From Candidatus Poribacteria bacterium (GTDB taxonomy: Bacteria > Poribacteria > WGA-4E > PCPOR2b), in assembly GCA_965208675.1 (NCBI GenBank), contig OZ242351.1, positions 2,400,001-2,464,000 of the forward strand: a stretch of DNA of 64,000 nucleotides, read 5' to 3'. The position numbers were made by a program, and so were the translations under genes. This document shows, one piece after another, positions 51,011 through 59,955 of this stretch (positions within the stretch are counted from its first letter, which is position 1; every line of letters starts with the position of its first letter). Below the pieces are notes generated by a model. It searched no databases and had not been told where the DNA came from. It was given only the letters and a program-made list of their open reading frames with translations.

Positions 51011-51802
51011 CTAGCTCGCCATCCTAAATTTGATTACGACAGGCACGTTTCCCCTTGCGCCCCCAGAGCTATAAAATTCTACCAGATAGATTTCATATTC
51101 ATGACCCGGTAGAAACCAATCATCTTCACTTTCAGGCAACAATATAGCCATCCTATTATCCTCCGTCCATTTGATTTCCCAATTCAGTATCACTTGACCG
51201 TTGTACGCGAAAACGACAATTCGGGTTCGTTGGGTATCCATTGTCTTGTCGAAACCAATCTTTATCCCTTCTCTGTTCAGCTTATTGGCATCTAGATCGA
51301 TTCTAGTCTCTGGATTTACAGATTTAATCTCTGGAGGCGGCTTCTCAATACTGTAAGCTCCAATCCTCACATCGATCGTTTCTGTATGGACGCCATCTTC
51401 ATCTTCGTAGTCTATCACCAAGGTCACATTGCGTGACGGATTCCACCCTATTTGGCGTTTCCACACGTTCAGTTGGGCGGTGTCCAGCGTCCAAACAAAC
51501 GCAGGCGACAATCCATCGGATTCAGCGTTGACACTATTGATGCTCACTTGATGAACGGGTTTATCAAAGAGAAGCTCTATCATCATGAAATACCAAAGTA
51601 CGCCACGGCGGTTTAGTGGAAGCGAAGAGGAATGCCCCGTATTCCTATCATACGCACGGGCTCTAATAAGCTCGGCTGGTATAATATCTTCAGTCTCATC
51701 ATTCGTTGGAGCCGTTGAGCAGGCCATGAGCAAACACAGCCCATAAACCAGCATTAAACCTTTCAACAGCATTGAGTCAAACCTTGTTACCTTCATTGTC
51801 AC
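51011..51802 (-). CDS. Modular lipoprotein (modules A+D)
   Basis: LMAC lipobox; LNREGIKIGFD.TMDTQRTRIVV shared with 50191-50961. Confidence 0.8.
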   Translation of the reverse strand: MTMKVTRFDSMLLKGLMLVYGLCLLMACSTAPTNDETEDIIPAELIRARAYDRNTGHSSSLPLNRRGVLWYFMMIELLFDKPVHQVSINSVNAESDGLSPAFVWTLDTAQLNVWKRQIGWNPSRNVTLVIDYEDEDGVHTETIDVRIGAYSIEKPPPEIKSVNPETRIDLDANKLNREGIKIGFDKTMDTQRTRIVVFAYNGQVILNWEIKWTEDNRMAILLPESEDDWFLPGHEYEIYLVEFYSSGGARGNVPVVIKFRMAS

Positions 51803-52252
51803 CCTTTAATGCCGTCCATACCGGTTGCACTATTTGAGAGTTGAGAATCATCATTTCAGCTCATTTACGTATGTTTTCATCGGTTATTGTGACAATCAAA
51901 TCATCGGTCGAAATGTGGTCAAGCGCAATGAGGGCTTGAAGCGCTGATTCACGTATGGATTCATCGTCGTCAGACAATAGCTCCTTAATTATTGGAATCG
52001 CACCGTCTACCTTAACATTCTTTATATAGCCATCCAATCCAATTACCAAAGAGCTGTTGTCTGACGACGATGAATTCATACCAAATTTTGCGATGGTAGA
52101 AAGAACGCGATTTTGAACATAATGATGTTCAGACCGAAGCAGTGCGGATATTGCGGGCGGATTTATGTGTGACAGCCTGGAAATAATGTTGCCATGAAAC
52201 GTCGAATCAAAATTGATTTCATCTGGATACCATGTTGTTTCTAACACCTTTA

Positions 52253-53139
52253 GAGCCTGTTTGAAAAGTCATTTGATTCGATTTTGCATTAAGTAAATGG
52301 AAGCGATGTACACCATAGTCTCAGCAGTCCTAGGATAGCGTTCATAATCCAAAGTCAATCGACGAAACCAACCAAGCCAAGAAAATGTGCGCTCAACAAT
52401 CCATCGTAACGGGATAACTTCAAACTTCTCCCGTCCTAGCGTAGATGCAATCTCCAGTTGACATTGATGAGCAAAATATAACCAGTCTTCCAATTCTCCA
52501 CGATAGGCGGCATCGGCACACACCAACTGAATGGTTATGTACCAGCTAAACACTTCTGTTAGTAACTCGATAGCAATCTGATTATCACTGACATTCGCGT
52601 CAGTGACTTTGACCATCAATGGAATACCCGTCGTATCCGTTACTAGATGTCGTTTGCGTCCTTTGACCTTCTTGTGACCATCAAAACCGCGAGTCGTCGC
52701 CAGTTCAGTTGTCTTAATGGATTGGCTGTCAATGATAGCTGCTGTCGGTGATGGTTCTTTGCCACCATCACAGCGTGATTGTTCGTGAAGTGCCTGATGA
52801 ATCAAGAGCCATGTATTGTCGGCTTCCCACTTCCTAAAATGGTAATAGACGGTTTGCCACGGTGGCATATCGTATGGTAGCATTCGCCACTGGCAACCGG
52901 ACTTGACGACATAAAAGATGGCATGGACAATTAAGTACATCTCCCATTTTAGAGGTCTACCTAATGGTTGAGGGGTTGGCAGAAACGCTGACAGTTTCTG
53001 CCATTGTACATCGGTCAAATCACTAGGATAACGTTTTCGGTTCATGTTTACTCCCTTCATTGGTTCGGAATCAACTGCTCCAGTGAGTAAACGTAAACAT
53101 CAACCGTTCAGACATCTTTTTTCTTTTTCAAACAGGCTC
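52253..53139 (-). mobile_element. IS5-family insertion sequence (IS1031-like group), 887 bp
   Basis: Terminal inverted repeats GAGCCTGTTTGAAAA at both ends; 3-bp TTA target duplication (52250-52252 and 53140-53142). Confidence 0.95.
52269..53045 (-). CDS. IS5-family DDE transposase
   Basis: YPSDLTD.QW, GCQWRMLP.D.PPWQTVYYHF, IDSQS.K, GFDGHKKVKGRKRH, ADAAY and RWIVERTFSWL..FRRL. Confidence 0.96.
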   Translation of the reverse strand: MNRKRYPSDLTDVQWQKLSAFLPTPQPLGRPLKWEMYLIVHAIFYVVKSGCQWRMLPYDMPPWQTVYYHFRKWEADNTWLLIHQALHEQSRCDGGKEPSPTAAIIDSQSIKTTELATTRGFDGHKKVKGRKRHLVTDTTGIPLMVKVTDANVSDNQIAIELLTEVFSWYITIQLVCADAAYRGELEDWLYFAHQCQLEIASTLGREKFEVIPLRWIVERTFSWLGWFRRLTLDYERYPRTAETMVYIASIYLMQNRIK

Positions 53140-55055
53140 TTACCAAAATTGGAGTAATCTCATCGACAAGTGATGCTCCCTCCGCCAACCCGGCTAATGC
53201 GGAGAGGGCCGTATGCCGTGTATGAAAATGCGGAGAAGCCAATGCCTCAGTCAGAATCGGAATGGTCGCTTTGTCGTGCCCCGAACCCATCCATGCCAAT
53301 GCGATTGCCGCATGTTGCCGCACTCCTGCGTCCGTTGCGTTCATAGCCTCCGCTAATAACGGCACTGCGGCAGCACCAATTGACTGAAGACACCACGCCA
53401 CTCGAACGTGAAAGTTGCTCAAGCCTTCCATACAGGACAGAACGTCTCCTCCACGCTGGAAATGCCCGGTCGCAAAGTTCGGCGTGTTAAGTGTTGCAAT
53501 CAGTTTATCGGCAATTTCCAGTTTTTTCTTCAGAGTCAGGATTGAGGAAGTAATTACCGCATCTAATGTTAAAACCGCCGTAGGTCGGGCAACCCGATTA
53601 TTGACCGTATCGTCCGTCGATTCTAACACCTGCACTAAGGCTTGTAGCACCGGATTAACGAGCCGAGGCCGATCCGCCAAGTCTACGAATCTGTAGGTAG
53701 CAAACTTCCGCGTAACGCTGTAAGGCGAAGCCAATGCCTGAGTCAGAATCGGAATGGTTGCATCGTCGTGTTCCGACCCAATCTCCGCCAATGCTATAGC
53801 TGCATGATGGCGCACTCCTGCGTCGGTTGCGTTCATAGCCTCCACTAACAATGGCACCGCGGCAGCACCAATTGACTGAAGACACTCCGCGACTCGAACG
53901 TGAAAGTTACCATCGCGACGATGACCAGGGATGTCAAAGTTTGGCGCGTTTAGCATATCAATCAGTTTGTTGGCAATTTCAAGTTGAACCTCCGGAATCG
54001 CCATCGCAATGTCTCCCAATACGTCAACCACAGCGGTTTGCACATCGTGGCTGTCGTCGGTCAATCTCATCAGCGTCTTGAGAAATTCAGGCTGAACTGC
54101 TGGAATTCCCGCTGCAATCTCCCCTAATGTGGAAACGGTAGTGGCACGGACTTTTTGATTCTCATCGTTCAACGCATTGATTAACCCCGGAACGGCGGCT
54201 TCGGCATGGGACGGGATAATCCCTAATAGACGGGACGCAGTTTCACGGACTTCCGCCACCGAGTCGTTGAATGACTCTGCGATTAGGGTGGCGGTGCCGG
54301 GAAGCGGTTTTATATTAGCGTTCCTCAGTTTATGGGCAATCCGCTCAATCATATACCGCGTCAGTATGGATTCATCTTTGTTGTCGCTTTTCAACAAAGG
54401 CAGCAAGCCGCCCAAAGCCTTATCAAGGTCAATTAAACGAAAAACCGCATCTTCAATTTGACGCCAAGATTCGCTTATCCCACCGCCGCTCAACAACCTC
54501 AAGACTTTTGCCCAAGCGAGGAGTATCTGATCATGGCTCACATTCGTGTCTTTAATGGCTGCGGCTGCATCTTGCTTCACTTGCGGATTTTCGTCACCGA
54601 GCTGAAGGATTAAACTATCCAGACCTAGGGCGGATTCATCTCTGTTGTCGCTTTTCAAGGTATCTAGCACGCCAGCCGAAGTCTTATCAATGTCAATTAA
54701 ACCAAAAACTGCATCTGTCGTTCGTACCCAATGATCGGTGTTGTCTTCAAGCATCCGGCTCCGACTTAATAACAGCGAGAGCTTTGCCCATGCGAGCAGT
54801 ATCTTATCATCAGTCACGTTCATCTTTTTAATATTCGCGGCGGCATCTTGCCGAACCTGTGGACGTTCATGACCGAGTTCGATGATAGAGATTTCCAGAG
54901 ATTCACTCATGCCCTTGAAAGGACTAGTTACTAAAGAAGTGTTGTGGGCGGCGGCTCTCGAACAGATGATGATACCGATTAAAAAGAACAAGCGTCTATA
55001 ATTTTGCATTTTGACCGCCTTTCATGTCATTGGGTTGCGTTCGATGCAGTACGGG

Positions 55056-55943
55056 TTAGTTATGTCTCGGCTCGCTGAACAGTTTCTTTAGGTCTGTGAC
55101 GGTATATTTCTGGGTATACGAATCGGCGTAAGGTTCTGGTAGTAACGGATCCGCCCACTTTCTAAGCTGGCAAAAGTGATGATTGACATTCCAATCAGAC
55201 GCGGCATCGCTGCCGAACTGTTCTTCATAGGTTGCATAGAATGGCTCCGTCCGAAGATGTTGCGGCACTTGCAGCATCTCCAGAGCTGTCTGTATTTGCT
55301 TCAATTGCTTGAGTGCGTTCGTCGGATCCTTCCCATCCTCGACTGCAATTTCGATATGAGTCAATGCCCGTATCTCCGATTGCATTAAGTAGTAGGCACT
55401 TCTACCAAGCAAAAATGACTCCAGGTTCGTTCCTACCACATCCATACAACCTTCCTCGTGTATAGCCCCGACTTCGATGATTGGTTGCCTGAAAACTTCA
55501 CTGTTAGTTTCTGGCAACCAGATGCCATACACATCAGAAGCCCCCTCATCAGCGAACAACAGAACTTCTTGAGGATTGCACCAACCCCACTCAATGTACA
55601 TCTGGGTGGCGTTGGTCAGTCCTAGTAAATCGTCGGGGGTGGGCTGGAGTCGGTAAAAAAACAGTTGCCCCAAAGTGTCATTACCACCATTGAAGAACCC
55701 ATAGAGTTCGCGCAGAGATGACGGAAGGGGCGAACCGATTTTTTCTTCCGCGGCGCGAATTTCAGCTTCAATCGCTGGTGGACTCCAAGTGTGAGACGGG
55801 TCTGATGCCGCCCAAGAATCAATCAGCTTTTGTATCGTCATTGGATGTATTCCTTCATGTGTTGAGCTGCCAATGAGCAAACACAGCCCACAAAACAACA
55901 CTGTATTTCTCATCAGTAAATCATAATTGCATGCGAATTTCAT
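55056..55943 (-). CDS. SMI1/KNR4 (SUKH) family immunity-like protein with an N-terminal leader
   Basis: PA.EAEI.AAE.KIG.PLP.SLRELY.FFNG, LLFADEG..D.Y and ...NLESFL. Confidence 0.85.
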   Translation of the reverse strand: MKFACNYDLLMRNTVLFCGLCLLIGSSTHEGIHPMTIQKLIDSWAASDPSHTWSPPAIEAEIRAAEEKIGSPLPSSLRELYGFFNGGNDTLGQLFFYRLQPTPDDLLGLTNATQMYIEWGWCNPQEVLLFADEGASDVYGIWLPETNSEVFRQPIIEVGAIHEEGCMDVVGTNLESFLLGRSAYYLMQSEIRALTHIEIAVEDGKDPTNALKQLKQIQTALEMLQVPQHLRTEPFYATYEEQFGSDAASDWNVNHHFCQLRKWADPLLPEPYADSYTQKYTVTDLKKLFSEPRHN

Positions 55944-56023
55944 TTTTGTTGCCCTCAGATTATTGTTAAAGGCGAATATGTCCTAGTCCTTTGTTGATGG
56001 AATCCGTGAGCTCCCCTCGTCCT

Positions 56024-56908
56024 CTAAAACCGCACATTGACCAATCGTACCAAGTAGTCCATTTCGAGGCGATGATAAGGTAATTGTGAACTCTGTATCG
56101 CTATTGTCGGTGGTAGGAGTGTGCGCATTCTGCCGCCCGATGAGGTATTAGACAGCTTCGCTGGTTTTGAATGTTGATAGCCGATAGTGCCGCCGATAGG
56201 CGTCAATATTGACCATTTTAAGGTCTCCTTAAAAGAGCCGCCGCCGCTGCCATATAACTCTCCTATCGCATAGGCGCTTACAGCGGAAAGAAATATTCCG
56301 CCTATCGCGCCTCCATAAAATGATGCGGGCGGGAAAGGCTCCCCATCTTCAGTGAAAATAGAACTAACAGTGCCGCCTATACCTATTCCCCAATTGTAGC
56401 CTGTGATCAGCCCCAAAATCCCAACGTTCACTTGACCAGCCATGACGAGCAGCCCATCCCTTTGACGCCGATCTTGAGGCAAATCTGTTTCGGCAAATTG
56501 GTTCTTTGACCGTTGATAGGCAATGGTGGCACCGATAGGCGTCAACGGCGCCCATCGTAAGGTCTGCTTAAAAGAGCCGCCGCCGCTGCCGAAGGTTTCT
56601 CCAATCAGATAGACGGTCGCAGCACTCGAAACGTATGCGCCCGCCAGTCCGCCGAACGCGACTTTAGGAGAGACGTGAATGACCTAAGAAGAACTATAAA
56701 ACTCATCGCCGAATAACAGGTTCTCAGCATAAAGTAAAGAAACTATACAAGCCAGGAAGCCCGCGGACTCACCGACAAAACCAGCCCCCACTTGACCCGC
56801 GATGACGAATGGGCCGTCGCGTTGACTCAAGTCTGTTTCGGCGAATAGCCCTTGCTTGATAAAGAGCGAAAAGCAACAGATAAGCACAAGCCGCTTTTGC
56901 GTATTCAT
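56024..56908 (-). pseudogene. Gly-rich membrane protein with an internal tandem duplication and a single in-frame TAG (56684-56686)
   Basis: Two copies of FAETDL..RDG..V.AGQV...IGE..GSGGGSFK.TL.W..LTPIG.TI.YQ.SK; both ORF pieces are in one frame across the TAG. Confidence 0.75.
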
Positions 56909-56944
56909 TGTTTTTCAAAGGATCCGGATTGTTCAACAATTGAA

Positions 56945-57832
56945 TCAAAACGGCCACCAGCGACGTTTTTCAAACTCCTTGACGGCGTCCAATGCTTCAG
57001 GCGTGCCAATGTCCTTTAATGCGCGGGCGGCGCGTAAACGTGCCCAAGCCGTTCGAGAACCCAACCGTTGAATATAATAGGCAACCACGGCGTCCAATGC
57101 TTCAGGCGTGCCGATGTCCTGTAATGCTGCAGTGGCATGATGACGTTCCTTATAAGCCTCTGGATCGTTCAAAATTTGAATCAAAACGGGAACCAGAAAC
57201 TCATCATCCGCTAATGCCACTAACGGTCACACTGCCCGTCTTTCAATTAGCTCCTCTATCACGATGCCGCGCATAGAAGGGTCGATTTTGACAATTGCCA
57301 ACCCTGCGCCGTTCCTAACATACCGCAGATACCGCTTATCATCACTACGAAAAAGCTCTGTCAAGGCAGGTATGGCTTCCGCGGCGTCAGGCCCCATTTT
57401 TCCCAATGACATTAACGCCGTCCAGTGAACGCTAGGCCATTCATCATTGAGTACTGATGTTCGTCCCGTATTTTCATCCCGCAATGTTTCTATCAGTGCG
57501 GGGATGGCTGAGACGGCAGGCGGTTCTATACTACCTAACACGTCTGCGGCAGCTTCTCGAACATAGGCATATTCATCAAACAAAGCGTGCGTCAAGGCGG
57601 GAATGACTTTATCGCGCTCTTGTTGAGCCTTGCTCGCCAACAGGTAGACTGCCTTTTCTCGTAAGTTATAAAATCGATTGTTTTTGAGTTGAGTTATCAG
57701 GAAATCTACATCCTTATCCGACCAATCCGGATTGTGACACCCCATCGGGTAACACCCCATCACAGTTAAACAGCTGATGAGAAGCATGAACACATGGATG
57801 GAAAAAAAACGACGCCCATTCCTTTTGTCCAT
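56945..57832 (-). pseudogene. HEAT-repeat lipoprotein with an in-frame TGA (57227-57229)
   Basis: VMGC lipobox; ...IERRAV*PLVALADDEF... joins 57227-57832 and 56945-57220 in frame; repeated AL.DIGTPEALDAV. Confidence 0.75.
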
Positions 57833-57864
57833 TGGTATCCTCTAACTCGCCGTAGGGTATTTCC

Positions 57865-58443
57865 TCACTGCTCCTTTGGTTGCCGTTCAATCACAATGGG
57901 GTTATACTGTGATTCAGGCAGATAATCCTCAATAGCGTATTCTAACCGCACTGGAGTCCCGGACGAATCGGGACGGAGAATAAATCGCATAGCTAGTGAT
58001 GGATGGCCGTCAACACCGTAAAGATATACCTTGTACACCCGATTCACTTCCAACGGTTTGGCGGGCACCAATTCTTTGTAACCGGGCGGCACCGCCCCAT
58101 ACTGTATACAGTGCAATGGATGGCTCGCCCGTTTCTCTGTCGGTCGATACTGCATTCGCCAGAAACACTTGTCATGACCCCGCCAAGGGGTTTTGACGCC
58201 CAAATCCTGTTGATTGTGTTTCTCCGATTCCCAAAAACGAAATACAGCGATTTCACCAATATACAGGGGATCCGCAATTTGATGCAGATGTTCGGATTTT
58301 TCAGATTTATCATGTAAACAGAACGTGGGGCGGGAAACCTCCGAGTAGGGCGGCACCGTTGTCCAACTTAGTAATCCGTTGCCGCAACCACTCAAGATTG
58401 CCGCTCCAGTTATTAAGCAGAAAATCAAAACAAGCCGTCTCAT
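57865..58443 (-). CDS. Lipoprotein, family E paralog
   Basis: AAGGAG RBS; LSGC lipobox; I.YG.VPPGYKE..PA.PL and RF..R.D..GTPV.LEY. Confidence 0.8.
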   Translation of the reverse strand: MRRLVLIFCLITGAAILSGCGNGLLSWTTVPPYSEVSRPTFCLHDKSEKSEHLHQIADPLYIGEIAVFRFWESEKHNQQDLGVKTPWRGHDKCFWRMQYRPTEKRASHPLHCIQYGAVPPGYKELVPAKPLEVNRVYKVYLYGVDGHPSLAMRFILRPDSSGTPVRLEYAIEDYLPESQYNPIVIERQPKEQ

Positions 58444-58453
58444 AATTCTCCTT

Positions 58454-58996
58454 TTAATCACGATCACGATGGAGGAAGTGCCTTGAAAAGACGTATTCCA
58501 ATTTCACGGGTGTCCCGTTCTCGTCCGACCGGATAACAAAACGAATCGGACGTGATGGATAAGTATAGCTCATCCCCGAAACGTCAGCGACATAGATTTT
58601 TTCAGGTATCAAGGGCAAAGCGGGATGTTCCTCCTTGTACCCCGGCGGTACTGTTCCGTACTCGATGGTGGTTACAGGACTCGCCGTGTGTGCCGAGGAA
58701 TCAGGCTTATATTCAATAAACCAATCTATCACATCCTTGCTTCGTCCGGGTGGAAGTTCTGAATACCCCGTATCGAGATAAACTTTAATGCGTCGGATAT
58801 GGTCTAGATCGTCGGTGTCACTTGCTGTATCTTTATAGTCACTGTTGTGTTTGTAAACGCAAAATACTGGGGTTGTCACTGGTGTTTCCAGTGCTGGATG
58901 CAAGCCATACACCCCGCTAGAACCCCCGTATGACACACAGCTACTCTGAAAACAACAACCAATACTGACAGCAAGCACCACAATGAAGCGTATCAT
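58454..58996 (-). CDS. Lipoprotein, family E paralog
   Basis: AGGAGG RBS; signal peptide with Cys; same motifs as 57865-58443. Confidence 0.8.
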   Translation of the reverse strand: MIRFIVVLAVSIGCCFQSSCVSYGGSSGVYGLHPALETPVTTPVFCVYKHNSDYKDTASDTDDLDHIRRIKVYLDTGYSELPPGRSKDVIDWFIEYKPDSSAHTASPVTTIEYGTVPPGYKEEHPALPLIPEKIYVADVSGMSYTYPSRPIRFVIRSDENGTPVKLEYVFSRHFLHRDRD

Positions 58997-59143
58997 TTGG
59001 AAAGCCTCCTCTAAGGTTGAGTATCCGAGCTATTCAATTCATCATGCCATTGTTTGAACTCATCTAGGAGAAATTGATAATGCTCTCTCATCTCATCGGT
59101 CACTTTTTGACTGCCGTAATTGAAAATTTTAGCTGTCTAAAAT

Positions 59144-59944
59144 CTAATCACTAGCAGGTGCGGCTCTAGTTGTAAAGGAAAAATCAACAACTCCGAGATT
59201 CCCCATATCATCGGTTATTGCTATGCTGACACTATATTTTGTTGCATAATTTAATTCCTGCATGTAGCCAAACTCCCAAGTAGCGATACCAGTACAGGCT
59301 CGCATACTTTCATTGTCAATACGCAGAGCAGCAACTTTTATCGGGGGACTGATCTCAAAAGATGTTGAGCCTCGCATGGCCTGTATGGGGCGGTCAAATA
59401 CAACTCGCACCCCGCGTGTGGTTTTTGGGTCAACATCTTGCCCAATTGGGTGATATTCAAGGACTATCGGCGCAGCGATGTCAAATGGTGCTATCCGAAA
59501 CCATCCTACATAAGGATGGGCCTGGACATCGCCATTGACGTTCTGGAAATCACGAATGACAATCGAACTTATATTGTCGTCCGGTGCAACATACGCAAAT
59601 GTTCGAAAGCATTGATTCCATGTAATGGTATCGGTCGCTTCGGTCTCTTGAAGTTGATAAGGTGTGACGCCAAACACAATACGACCTGAATTTGGTATGA
59701 TTGGCTGGCTGAAACTGATACGAAATTCTTGCGTAGCGGTGTTCAGTTCAGCGGGTGCAGAGTGCTGAGCGCCGGGTTTTGGGCTGAATGCTATCACCCG
59801 CGGGGGATTCATCGGTTGTTCTGGTCGTATGCTATCATCCGTTGGCTCTGATGAGCAGCCAATGACCAAAAACCACCCTAAAACAAGACAAACTATAAGA
59901 AACGGCAAAATGATTTGTAGTTTCATATTTTCCACCATACGCAA
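59144..59944 (-). CDS. Modular lipoprotein (modules B+C); candidate cognate immunity protein of the Rhs tip
   Basis: VIGC lipobox; QEFRISF..PIIPNSGRI, QLQETEATDTITWNQC, YHPIGQDVDP and FTTRAAP; first gene downstream of Rhs. Confidence 0.8.
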   Translation of the reverse strand: MRMVENMKLQIILPFLIVCLVLGWFLVIGCSSEPTDDSIRPEQPMNPPRVIAFSPKPGAQHSAPAELNTATQEFRISFSQPIIPNSGRIVFGVTPYQLQETEATDTITWNQCFRTFAYVAPDDNISSIVIRDFQNVNGDVQAHPYVGWFRIAPFDIAAPIVLEYHPIGQDVDPKTTRGVRVVFDRPIQAMRGSTSFEISPPIKVAALRIDNESMRACTGIATWEFGYMQELNYATKYSVSIAITDDMGNLGVVDFSFTTRAAPASD

Positions 59945-59955
59945 TTACGTTTAGG

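Larger units (their letters stand above)
51861..55009 (-). pseudogene. Secreted HEAT-repeat protein split by an IS5 insertion
   Basis: Removing the IS and one TSD restores ...EITPILVK-VLETTWYPDE..., joining ORFs 53108-55009 and 51861-52247. Contains internal tandem duplications. Confidence 0.85.

Noticed and set aside
45910-59944. Diversity-generating retroelement behind lipoprotein variation
   Set aside because: No reverse transcriptase in the window, and paralog differences are not restricted to adenines.
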